59,344 nt of DNA from Microbacteriaceae bacterium (GTDB lineage Bacteria; Actinomycetota; Actinomycetes; Actinomycetales; Microbacteriaceae), in contig JBJTMF010000063.1 in NCBI GenBank assembly GCA_046063405.1, positions 1-59,344 of the forward strand. The letters are read 5' to 3'. Positions within the stretch are counted from its first letter, which is position 1. Every line of letters starts with the position of its first letter. A model generated the notes under the pieces. It was given only the letters and a program-made list of their open reading frames with translations. It was not told the origin of the DNA and did not search any database. Shown here one piece after another: positions 42,112 through 51,213 of the stretch. Made by a program: the position numbers and the translations under genes.

Positions 42112-43017
42112 ATGCTCGTAATCCTGTGTCCCGGGCAGGGATCGCAAACGCCAGGTTTTATGGCACCTTGGCTGGAACTTCCCCAGTATGCGAGCATCAT
42201 CTCCGAGCTCAGCGATGCCAGCGCAATCGACTTAGTTACTCACGGCACTTTGAGTGACGCCGATACCATCCGTGATACCGCGATCGCCCAGCCACTCATC
42301 GTTGCTGCCAGCATCGCCTCGGCAGCACTCTTGCCACCGGGCGCCGCTGGTGTTGCCGGGCACTCGGTAGGTGAGTTAGCGGCCGCATCGGTTGCTGGAG
42401 TTCTAGACCGCCAGGATGCCATCCGCCTGGTTCGCAAGCGTGGCGATGAAATGGCCAAAGCGGCTGCGCTGGAGTCGACAAGCATGGCAGCCGTTCTCGG
42501 TGGCGAGCCTGCCGATGTGATTGAAGCACTTAATTCAAAAGGTCTTTACCCGGCCAACTACAACGGCTCAGGCCAGATTGTGGCCGCGGGAAGCAAGTCG
42601 GGAATTGACGCCTTGGTGGCCACTCCTCCCACTGGAACCCGAGTGGTTGCGCTTTCGGTGGCCGGTGCGTTCCACACCAAGTACATGGCTCCAGCCGTGG
42701 GTGAACTAGACCAATTTGCTAAGAACATTGCTACCAATGATCCAAAGACCAACCTTTGGTCCAACCAGAATGGTCAGAAGGTTAACTCGGGTCTAGAGTT
42801 CTTGAAGCTGATAGTCGGCCAGGTCGCCAACCCGGTTCGCTGGGATTTGTGCATGGATGCGATGGTTGCCGCTGGAGTTACCGCAGTCATCGAAGTATCG
42901 CCAGCCGGGGCCTTAGCCGGACTAGCAAAACGGGGTATGCCGGGGGTCGAAGTACTAGCTCTAAAAACACCAGACCAACTCGACGCAGCCGCCGCGCTAA
43001 TCGAAAACCACAAGTAG
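42112..43017 (+). CDS. fabD: Malonyl-CoA:ACP transacylase
   Basis: PGQGSQ, GHSVGE, VAGAFHT, PVRW. Confidence 0.95.
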   Translation: MLVILCPGQGSQTPGFMAPWLELPQYASIISELSDASAIDLVTHGTLSDADTIRDTAIAQPLIVAASIASAALLPPGAAGVAGHSVGELAAASVAGVLDRQDAIRLVRKRGDEMAKAAALESTSMAAVLGGEPADVIEALNSKGLYPANYNGSGQIVAAGSKSGIDALVATPPTGTRVVALSVAGAFHTKYMAPAVGELDQFAKNIATNDPKTNLWSNQNGQKVNSGLEFLKLIVGQVANPVRWDLCMDAMVAAGVTAVIEVSPAGALAGLAKRGMPGVEVLALKTPDQLDAAAALIENHK

Positions 43018-43028
43018 ACAGGTAAGCA

Positions 43029-44033
43029 ATGTCAGCCCCCGCACTGAAGCAGTTCGAAACCGTCAAATACTCTCGCATCTACTCGCTCGGTGCAGCCCGC
43101 GGTGAATTAGTGGTTACTAACGATGAAATCGCAGGACCGATTGATTCGAGCGATGAATGGATTCGTCAGCGCACCGGAATCATCACCAGACGCCGTGCAG
43201 GTAAGGACACCAGCATGATGGATCTCGCCGTTGCTGCGAGCAAAGAAGCCATTGCCAACGCCGGTATCGATGCGAAGGAAATTGGCGCCGTAATTTTCAA
43301 CACCATCACTCACCAGTACGCAACTCCATCGGCAGCCACCCTGCTTGCCGAATTGGTTGGCGCTAACCCTGCGCCGGCGTATGACATATCTGCGGCTTGT
43401 GCCGGTTACTGTTACGGAATCGCTCAGGCGGACGCTCTAGTGCGTTCCGGTTTGGCTAAGTACGTTCTAGTCGTTGGTGCAGAAAAGCTAAGCGACATTA
43501 TCGACCCGACCGACCGCACAATTTCATTCCTACTCGGGGACGGAGCAGGTGCAGCCGTTGTTGGTCCTTCCGATTTCCCTGGCATCAGCCCGACCGTTTG
43601 GGGCTCGGATGGCTCGCATTGGGACGCCGTGGGTATGACTTCGAGCATGCTCGACTACCGCGACGGTATCGCTCCTTGGCCAACCATCCGCCAGGAAGGG
43701 CAGACCGTCTTCCGTTGGGCTGTTTGGGAAATGGCAAAGGTTGCCAAAAAAGCGCTTGAAGAGGCAGGCATCGAAGCCAAAGATCTTTCAGCTCTGGTGA
43801 CTCACCAGGCCAACATTCGAATCATCGACGAAATGGTGAAACAGCTGGCGCTACCAGACACAGTTGCCGTTGCACGCGACATTGTGAACACTGGAAACAC
43901 CTCGGCCGCGAGTGTTCCTCTCGCGATGCACGAACTTTTGCGCACCGGAGCCGTTAAATCGGGTGGCTATGCACTAGAAATCGGATTCGGCGCAGGGCTC
44001 GCATTCGCGGCTCAAGTAGTGGTTCTGCCCTAA
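43029..44033 (+). CDS. fabH: 3-oxoacyl-ACP synthase III
   Basis: AACAG, HQAN, GNTSAAS, GFGAG. Confidence 0.96.
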   Translation: MSAPALKQFETVKYSRIYSLGAARGELVVTNDEIAGPIDSSDEWIRQRTGIITRRRAGKDTSMMDLAVAASKEAIANAGIDAKEIGAVIFNTITHQYATPSAATLLAELVGANPAPAYDISAACAGYCYGIAQADALVRSGLAKYVLVVGAEKLSDIIDPTDRTISFLLGDGAGAAVVGPSDFPGISPTVWGSDGSHWDAVGMTSSMLDYRDGIAPWPTIRQEGQTVFRWAVWEMAKVAKKALEEAGIEAKDLSALVTHQANIRIIDEMVKQLALPDTVAVARDIVNTGNTSAASVPLAMHELLRTGAVKSGGYALEIGFGAGLAFAAQVVVLP

Positions 44034-44071
44034 AATCGTTATTGGTAAATCAACCAAAGGAGAAAACCCCC

Positions 44072-44317
44072 ATGGCACTATCCCAGGCAGAAGTTCTAGC
44101 CGGACTAGCCGAGATCGTTAACGACGAGACCGGTATCGCAAACGACGCGGTTCAGCTAGACAAGCACTTCACCAACGACCTAGACATCGACTCGATCTCG
44201 ATGATGACCATCGTTGTCAACTGCGAAGACAAGTTCGGCGTGAAGATTCCGGACGAGGAAGTAAAGAACCTCAACACCGTAGCCGACGCCGTCAACTTCA
44301 TCGTCAGCGCTTCCTAA
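44072..44317 (+). CDS. acpP: Acyl carrier protein
   Basis: DLDIDSISM phosphopantetheine site; AAGGAG RBS before ATG 44072. Confidence 0.95.
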   Translation: MALSQAEVLAGLAEIVNDETGIANDAVQLDKHFTNDLDIDSISMMTIVVNCEDKFGVKIPDEEVKNLNTVADAVNFIVSAS

Positions 44318-44338
44318 GCAACTCAACGGAGTCGAATA

Positions 44339-45574
44339 ATGGTTAAGAAAATCGTCGTCACTGGGCTTGGTGCAACCACCCCACTCGGCGGCGATGTTGC
44401 CACCACCTGGCAGAGACTACTCGCAGGTGAGTCTGGCATTTCAACCATTGATAAAGACTGGATCGCTCAGTACGAGGTTCCGGTTTCTTTCGCAGGGCAG
44501 GCAGCAGTGCCAGCCGCCGAAATTCTGACTCCACAAGAAATCAAACGTCTCGACCCTTCCAGTCAATTCGCGCTAATTTCAGCGCGGGAGGCCTGGGCCG
44601 ATGCCGGAGCGCCGGAGGTTACACCAGAGCGTTTCGCAGTGGAGTATTCCACCGGTATCGGCGGGGTTTGGACTTTGCTTGACGCATTCGACACTCTAAA
44701 GGAGCGTGGGCCTCGGCGAGTCCTCCCGATGACCGTGCCGATGCTCATGCCGAACGGGCCGGCTGCCGCTATCGGCATGGACCTAGCAGCTCGAGGCGGT
44801 GTGCGCACCGCGGTATCTGCATGCGCTTCATCGACCGAAGCAATTGCCAATGCTTACAACCGGCTACAAACCGGCGAAGTCGACATCGTGATCGCCGGCG
44901 GATGCGAGGCTGCGATCCACGCTCTGCCAATAAGTGCTTTCGCCGCGATGCATGCACTCAGCAAGCGCAATGACTCCCCTGCCGAAGCTTCTCGCCCTTA
45001 TGACGTAAACCGCGACGGTTTCGTGATGGGCGAGGGTGGCGCGACGGTTGTGCTCGAAACCGAAGAGCATGCCTTGGCTCGTGGTGCAAAGATTTACGCC
45101 GAACTTGCTGGCGGTGCAGTGACCTCGGACGCCTACCACATTACCGCTCCAGATCCAGAGGGTTCGGGAGCCGCACGCGCAGTGTTGGCCACCTTGAAGC
45201 AGGCTGGCGCAACCACGGCAGACGTGAAACACATCAACGCTCACGCAACATCTACCCCTGTTGGCGACATCGCGGAATTCAACGCACTAAAGCGAGTCTT
45301 CGGTGACCAGCTTTCCGGCATCCCGGTAACAGCTACCAAGTCGTCCACCGGTCACCTACTAGGAGCCGCAGGTGCGGTCGAGGCGATCTTCACAATCTTG
45401 GCGTTGAAAAACGGCGTTATTCCGCCAACCATTAACTTGAACGACCCAGACCCTGAGATTCAGTTGGACGTGGTTACCTCTCCACGAGAACTAGTCGGCG
45501 AAAACCTGTTGGCGATCAGCAACTCATTCGGTTTCGGTGGTCACAACGCTGTGGTGGCATTCCGTAAGTACTAG
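44339..45574 (+). CDS. fabF: 3-oxoacyl-ACP synthase II
   Basis: SACAS, DAYH, NAHATST, KSSTGHLLGAAG, NSFGFGGHN. Confidence 0.96.
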   Translation: MVKKIVVTGLGATTPLGGDVATTWQRLLAGESGISTIDKDWIAQYEVPVSFAGQAAVPAAEILTPQEIKRLDPSSQFALISAREAWADAGAPEVTPERFAVEYSTGIGGVWTLLDAFDTLKERGPRRVLPMTVPMLMPNGPAAAIGMDLAARGGVRTAVSACASSTEAIANAYNRLQTGEVDIVIAGGCEAAIHALPISAFAAMHALSKRNDSPAEASRPYDVNRDGFVMGEGGATVVLETEEHALARGAKIYAELAGGAVTSDAYHITAPDPEGSGAARAVLATLKQAGATTADVKHINAHATSTPVGDIAEFNALKRVFGDQLSGIPVTATKSSTGHLLGAAGAVEAIFTILALKNGVIPPTINLNDPDPEIQLDVVTSPRELVGENLLAISNSFGFGGHNAVVAFRKY

Positions 45575-46062
45575 GCGACGTTAGTCTTCTTGCCCTGATT
45601 CGCATCGCTGAGTTGACCTAATCGTGCCCGCTCAAAAACGTCTTCCCATGGAGCCAAGGTCGCTTCTCGCAACGCGCGCTCAAATTCGATTAGGTTCATA
45701 TTCGATTTGCGCAGCAACGACTTGACCTGGACATCGGTAAGAACCACATTTCCGAATGTGTCGACAGACGCCGAACCGGCGCCTATCCCCCAGGCAAAAA
45801 CCAGCCGTCGCCGTTCCAGCGCTGTTGTGGTTGTGATTTCAAAGTCAACGTCACCCAAGCGCTTGAGAACATCGAAAAGACCCTCAACGGTGGTTACCTC
45901 ACCCGCAAAACGCACGAGGCCGCCTTCGTCACCAACATCCAAACCATAACTGTTTGCGATGGCTCGAAGCAGACCGATCCGGTCTCTTGCTGGGCCAAAA
46001 ACGACCACATCGACTTGTGCCTGATATTCCATTCCATCCTCCGGTAGGTACGTCTTCCCCAA
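45571..46062 (-). CDS. Divergent DUF3145-like protein
   Basis: Convergent after fabF as in other actinobacteria; FEIT, GNVVL, PWEDVFERAR resemble the DUF3145 C-terminus; start may be ATG 46032. Confidence 0.6.
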   Translation of the reverse strand: MGKTYLPEDGMEYQAQVDVVVFGPARDRIGLLRAIANSYGLDVGDEGGLVRFAGEVTTVEGLFDVLKRLGDVDFEITTTTALERRRLVFAWGIGAGSASVDTFGNVVLTDVQVKSLLRKSNMNLIEFERALREATLAPWEDVFERARLGQLSDANQGKKTNVA

Positions 46063-46149
46063 CGACCTTTGAAGATGAATGAGCCTCTAGAGTATGCCTA
46101 TCTACTGGTGCTGTCAAAGTCGTTTAAGGTGGAAAGCGGAAGGTTACAA

Positions 46150-46764
46150 ATGGCGAAACTATATTTCCGACACGGTGCGATGAACTCAGGAAAGAGCACC
46201 GCGCTCCTGCAGGTTGCTCACAACTATGAGGAGCGAGGCCAAGCCGTCATTCTTGCGAAACCCAACATCGACAGCAAGGGCGAATCGGCTATAGTCTCTC
46301 GGCTCGGAGTTGAGCGAATGGTGGATTTCTTAATTTCGCCAGAGCAAAACTTGCGAGTCGAATTCGCATTGACACGCAACGAACACAACGCGCGCAGCAG
46401 CTCACCCGTCGCCTGCCTACTTATCGATGAGGCCCAGTTCCTAACGCGTGAACAAGTGAACCAAGCTCTAGAAATCGCTGTCCTAGACGATATCCCGGTG
46501 CTGGCATATGGAATTCGCACCGACTTCCAAACCGTAGGTTTCCCAGGCAGCATACGCCTACTCGAAATCGCGCATAGCTTAGAGGAACTAAAGACCATTT
46601 GCCGCTGCGGGAAGAAGGCGATGTTCAACGCTCGTAAATTGGGTGGCCGCTTCATTTTCGATGGGGACCAGGTTGCCATCGATGGTGACCAAGTTACCTA
46701 TGAATCCCTTTGCCCTAACTGCTACTTCAGAGAGCGTGAGGCCTCTGGTGCGGGTCCGCTATAG
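46150..46764 (+). CDS. tdk: Thymidine kinase
   Basis: MAKLYF, GAMNSGKST, LIDEAQF, YGIRTDF, ICRCG, YESLC. Confidence 0.96.
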   Translation: MAKLYFRHGAMNSGKSTALLQVAHNYEERGQAVILAKPNIDSKGESAIVSRLGVERMVDFLISPEQNLRVEFALTRNEHNARSSSPVACLLIDEAQFLTREQVNQALEIAVLDDIPVLAYGIRTDFQTVGFPGSIRLLEIAHSLEELKTICRCGKKAMFNARKLGGRFIFDGDQVAIDGDQVTYESLCPNCYFREREASGAGPL

Positions 46765-48304
46765 CAACGCCCTCGTTTGGCTCCCGAACGGAGAGATCGC
46801 CGATTCGTTAGTAGTTGAAGACGGGCTCTTCGCGCTGGACGATGGCCGCGTCGACACAGAAATAGACTGTGGCGGCAACACTATATGGCCAGCTTTCGTC
46901 GATAGCCACGCGCATCCACTTCTCGGCGGGCGAGAACTGCTTGGTCCTCGAATCGCGCAACTCGATTCGGTGGAATCAATTTGCGCCGAGATTAGCCATT
47001 GGCTGGCTAATCAAGTCGAATTCGAAGGTTGGCTGGTCTGCGGGGCCTACGACCGCTCCTTGGTCGCTGAAGGGCGTTTTCGTGCCGAATGGCTCGATGC
47101 CGTATCGACGGAGATTCCTATCGTCGTGCATGCGAACGATCACCATTCGATTTGGGTTAACTCCAAGGCTCTCGAGCTGGCCGGTGTCACCCGCGTTCCA
47201 GAGGAGCTGCAAGGTTTCATCGATCACGAGGCATTCAAGCCCACTGGCGTGCTCCGTGAAGACAAAGCCAAGGCACTCATCCTAGATCGCGTCATGGAAA
47301 GAGCCAGTGCTGCCGCGGAGGCGCTTGTAGGGGCTCATCAAGAACTTGCTTCCTTGGGCATAGTGAGCGTTCTGGATGCTTGGGTTGATGCCGCAGGAGC
47401 ACAAACGTACTTGGCGGTCACGAAATCTGAGCAGGCGAATAAACTTTTGCGAACCAGGCTTGCCTATTGGATCCAGCCATCCTCATGGAACGAGGACCTC
47501 ATCAGCGCACTGGCCGCAAGAGATGAGCTCGCTAAGTCTGCAACTGAGATTCGCCTGACTCAGGCTAAATTTTTCATCGATGGCGTATTTGGATCTGAGA
47601 CCGCCTTGGTGAAGCAGCCATACCGGAATGGTTCATTTGGGTACTCGCCGTGGCACTTGCAACAACTAGTCGAAGCGATTACCGCCAGCGTCTCGGTCGG
47701 TCTCAGACCTCACCTGCATGCCATCGGAGATCAAGCCGTCGAAATCGCCTTGACTGCACTTGCCTCGGTTGCAAAGACCAAAGGACGATTTGCAGCGACC
47801 TTGGTGCATGCCGAACTGCTATCGGGCGATCAAATCCGATTGATTGCTGATCTGGGGCTCTCGGTGAACTTGCAACCACTTTGGGGGCGATGCGACTCGA
47901 TGTGGCAGAGCACAGCTGAGGTACTTGGCGAACGCGCCAATGACTTGTACCGTACGCGAGACCTACTTGACGCGGGCGTTCAACTTGGTTTTGGTAGTGA
48001 CTGGCCGGTTTCCGACGCGAATCCTCTTGCCGGCATATTCACGGCGGTCACTCGACGAGTAGACCTAGACGCACCTTCGCAGAACAAAGACCAGGCGATT
48101 TCGATACAAGAGGCCATCTCGACTTACACTCTTGGCTCCTCCGAGCAAATCGATTTGCCCAATTGCGGATCGATAACCGTCGGTATGCGGGCAGACTTCA
48201 TTGTGATTGATGGCAACCTGGACTCGATGACACTTGCAGATTTGCCTCGGCTAAAAGTTCTAGAAACGGTAAGTGGCGGGCAAAGAATCTTCACCCGCCA
48301 CTAA
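46748..48304 (+). CDS. YtcJ-like amidohydrolase (Amidohydro_3)
   Basis: PAFVDSHAH, WVNSKAL, PTGVLRE, KFFIDG, HAIGD, GSDWP, GMRADF; GTG 46748 overlaps the tdk end. Confidence 0.88.
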   Translation: MRVRYSNALVWLPNGEIADSLVVEDGLFALDDGRVDTEIDCGGNTIWPAFVDSHAHPLLGGRELLGPRIAQLDSVESICAEISHWLANQVEFEGWLVCGAYDRSLVAEGRFRAEWLDAVSTEIPIVVHANDHHSIWVNSKALELAGVTRVPEELQGFIDHEAFKPTGVLREDKAKALILDRVMERASAAAEALVGAHQELASLGIVSVLDAWVDAAGAQTYLAVTKSEQANKLLRTRLAYWIQPSSWNEDLISALAARDELAKSATEIRLTQAKFFIDGVFGSETALVKQPYRNGSFGYSPWHLQQLVEAITASVSVGLRPHLHAIGDQAVEIALTALASVAKTKGRFAATLVHAELLSGDQIRLIADLGLSVNLQPLWGRCDSMWQSTAEVLGERANDLYRTRDLLDAGVQLGFGSDWPVSDANPLAGIFTAVTRRVDLDAPSQNKDQAISIQEAISTYTLGSSEQIDLPNCGSITVGMRADFIVIDGNLDSMTLADLPRLKVLETVSGGQRIFTRH

Positions 48305-48315
48305 ACATTGTGTTA

Positions 48316-51015
48316 CTACTTCTGCAGCACCATGGTCGACTGACCAGGAACGCTCACCTTAGACACATTCTTTAGCGTCGCTAGCGTCGCTACACCGGCC
48401 TTGGTGTCGTTCACAACAACCTTCCAGGTTCCCTTTCCACCAGGTAGCGTGATCGACTGAGCGACCTTGCTTGCATTGTGAATCACGATGATGTTCGACC
48501 ACTTGTCTTTTACGGCTGATCCGTTGAGCTTGTAGGCGATTACCTTCTCGTTGGTCGACAGGAAGGAGATTCCCGACTTCACCTGAGAAGTGGTTGACAT
48601 GCGGAACGCTGGGTGAGCCTGGCGAAGTGCGAGCAGACCCTTCACGTAATCAAGAGTCGTGGCGTTGGTTACTCGGTTCTTGTACTTGATTGCGTTTGGC
48701 CCGTCTCCCGAGTTGTAAGAGTTATCGTCACCGTTCTTCGAACGCTCAAATTCCTGACCAGCGTGCAGGAACGGGAGCCCCTGGGCTAGAAGAACGATCG
48801 AGGTTGCGAAGCGGTGCAACTTGGAACGTGAACTTGCAGAGGCAACCGATGCCGTCAACTTGTCGGCAAGCGTCAGGTTGTCGTGCGCCTCGATGTAGTT
48901 CACTGATTGACCCGGATCGTTGGTGGTGAAGTTTGGTCCAACCTCAGCCGAGAAAGCGACGTTGCCCGTGATTCCGGCCATTACATCGCCTCGGCGGCTG
49001 TAGTTTCCGGTTGCCCAGCCAGCTTCACTTGCGTTGAACACCGAACCTTTGATGCCGTCACGAATCTGGTCATTGAACACCGCGATTCCGTCCAACTTGT
49101 CGATGTTAATCTGCGCGGCACGCTCAGATTCAGGCAGCCCACCCATGTTCCAACCTTCACCGATCACGAGGATGGTTGGGTCGATTGCGGTGAGAGCGCT
49201 TCGAACCTGCTGCATTGTGGTTACATCAAGGATGCCCATGAGGTCGAAGCGGAATCCATCTAGCTTGTACTCGCTAGCCCAGTACTTAACCGAGTCAACG
49301 ATGAACTTGCGGACCATCGGACGCTCCGAGGCAACCTCGTTGCCGCAACCGGTGCCATTCAGCAAGGTTCCGGTTTCATCCGTACGGAAGAAGTAGCCGG
49401 GAACGATTCGTTCGAACGAGAAGCTCGAGGCGCTGGCAACGTGGTTGTAGACCACATCCATAATCACGCGCAGCCCGTTCTTGTGAAGGTTCAGCACACC
49501 TTGCTTCAGCTCGTTGATGCGGTTGCTCGGGTTCGTTGGGTCGGTCGAGTACTGACCTTCAACGGCGTTGTAGTTATCTGGGTCATAGCCCCAGTTGAAG
49601 GTCGGGTTGGTCTCGTCGCCACCAGATGCAAAGTCATAGATCGGAAGCAGCTGAACGTGGGTGACACCCAAGTCTTTGATAGCCGAGACTCCGGTCTTGG
49701 TCTTGTATGTGGTGGTCGTCTTCTTCTTGGTCTTGGAGTTGGTGGTGGTCACCTTCCAGCTGTAAGAAGTGTTGTTATCGGTCAGCGCTAGGAACTTGTT
49801 GCGGTGAGCCGCTGGGATTCCGCTGGATGCGTTGTTCGAGAAATCGCGCACGTGGAGTTCGTAGAACGAGGCGTCTACTGCCTTTCCAGAGAACGCTGGC
49901 TTGGCGGTGGTTGCCCAGTCGGCCGGATTGGTGCTGGCGAGATCTAGCACCACGCCACGACCACCATTCACTGTTACGGCACGAGCATAAGGGTCGACCG
50001 CGTTTAGGGTTTCACCGTTTCTGGTAACGCGGTAGGAATAGATCAGGCCGTTCTTATCGCCGGACATGTTTAGCGTCCAGGTCCCCTTGGTTGACTTAGT
50101 CATCGGGTAAGAGGTTGAATCGCTAGCCGATGCGGTGGCGTAAGTAAGTACGCTAACGGCGCTGGCGGTTGGCGCCCAGACACGGAACGCGGTAGCGCTC
50201 TTGGTGTAGGTGGCGCCGAGGTCGTTTCCGGTGTAGTTGAATGCGGCGTTGAATCCGTCTGAGTTCATCACGCGTCCGATGCCGGCCACCTTGGTACCGA
50301 AGGTGGTCTCGGGGCTCGTGCCGGTGTGAGTCACGGTATACGTGGTGCCAAATGTGATGTTTGAACTCAGCGTCAGCTCCAACATGGACGCCGAAGTTGC
50401 TGTGCCGTTAAGGTTCTTAACCGAAGTCACGTTGAGTCCGCCGTTGATGGTGAATCCCTCGTTGCCAGTTCCGGTCAGGTCAACTTTTTGGTTAAGGCTC
50501 ACGGTCACCTTGTTTAGGTCGTCGATCGAGGCAGAAACGATTGCCGGAGCTGGAGCTTCGGTGGCCGGTGCTTCGGTGTAAACAACACAGTCATCCTGCT
50601 TGATCCAGATTTCGGTGATTCCATAGTCGTCAAATGGAGCGAAACGGTCACCATTATTGGTCGGCCCACAGGTGGCGCCTTCCTTCTTGACCCATGCACC
50701 TTTTCGGATAATGAAGCCCAAATCCTTAAAGTCCTTCATGCCTTCAACGTCGATGGTTGCTACAACGCCGAAGTCATCGCTCTCGGTGAACTTATAACCA
50801 GCGTCGTCGAGCCCCTTGTCTCCGGCCCCATCCATGTTTTTCCATAGGTAAACGTTCCAGGTGTCGTAATCCCCTGCGGTGCGGTTGTAGTGCACTATGA
50901 GCTGTACCTTGTCAGGCAAAGCCTGAGCGCTCACGGCCGTGGTGGCAACCATGCCGATGCTCAAGAGGGCGCTAGTTAGAAGCGCGATTACACGGCGAAT
51001 TTTCAGGATTTTCAA
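48316..51015 (-). CDS. pulA: Secreted type I pullulanase (GH13) with N-terminal CBM41-like and CBM48 modules
   Basis: Signal peptide ending AQA; HYNR...WNVYLW; FRVWAP; FNWGYDP; DVVYNH; DGFRFDLMG; GEGW; EAHDN. Confidence 0.92.
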   Translation of the reverse strand: MKILKIRRVIALLTSALLSIGMVATTAVSAQALPDKVQLIVHYNRTAGDYDTWNVYLWKNMDGAGDKGLDDAGYKFTESDDFGVVATIDVEGMKDFKDLGFIIRKGAWVKKEGATCGPTNNGDRFAPFDDYGITEIWIKQDDCVVYTEAPATEAPAPAIVSASIDDLNKVTVSLNQKVDLTGTGNEGFTINGGLNVTSVKNLNGTATSASMLELTLSSNITFGTTYTVTHTGTSPETTFGTKVAGIGRVMNSDGFNAAFNYTGNDLGATYTKSATAFRVWAPTASAVSVLTYATASASDSTSYPMTKSTKGTWTLNMSGDKNGLIYSYRVTRNGETLNAVDPYARAVTVNGGRGVVLDLASTNPADWATTAKPAFSGKAVDASFYELHVRDFSNNASSGIPAAHRNKFLALTDNNTSYSWKVTTTNSKTKKKTTTTYKTKTGVSAIKDLGVTHVQLLPIYDFASGGDETNPTFNWGYDPDNYNAVEGQYSTDPTNPSNRINELKQGVLNLHKNGLRVIMDVVYNHVASASSFSFERIVPGYFFRTDETGTLLNGTGCGNEVASERPMVRKFIVDSVKYWASEYKLDGFRFDLMGILDVTTMQQVRSALTAIDPTILVIGEGWNMGGLPESERAAQINIDKLDGIAVFNDQIRDGIKGSVFNASEAGWATGNYSRRGDVMAGITGNVAFSAEVGPNFTTNDPGQSVNYIEAHDNLTLADKLTASVASASSRSKLHRFATSIVLLAQGLPFLHAGQEFERSKNGDDNSYNSGDGPNAIKYKNRVTNATTLDYVKGLLALRQAHPAFRMSTTSQVKSGISFLSTNEKVIAYKLNGSAVKDKWSNIIVIHNASKVAQSITLPGGKGTWKVVVNDTKAGVATLATLKNVSKVSVPGQSTMVLQK

Positions 51016-51081
51016 GGGTTCTCTCCGAACTCAAATTGACTTTGGTTTAAACCTAGACTTTGGTCAAATGAATCGTGCGGT

Positions 51082-51095
51082 TGCAAACGATTGCG
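51082..51095. promoter_or_regulatory. LacI-family (MalR-like) operator upstream of pulA
   Basis: TGCAAACGATTGCG, a near-palindrome with central CG matching the TGCAANCGNTTGCA pattern, about 66 nt upstream of the start. Confidence 0.65.
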
Positions 51096-51126
51096 GTTTG
51101 CTTCGTTATCTAAACGTAATCAGGAG

Positions 51127-51200
51127 TGGGGCGTGCGGGACTTGAACCCGCGACCGACGGATTATGAGTCCGCTGCTCTAACCGGCTGAGCTAACGCCCC
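51127..51200 (-). tRNA. tRNA with CAT anticodon, most likely tRNA-Ile2 (lysidine)
   Basis: GGGGCGTTAGCTCAGCCGGTTAGAGCAGCGGACT-CAT-AATCCG...GGTTCAAGTCC...CGCCCCA; paired 1:72, lacks initiator features; Ile2 versus Met assigned by resemblance. Confidence 0.88.
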
Positions 51201-51213
51201 CGATGCACTAAGC

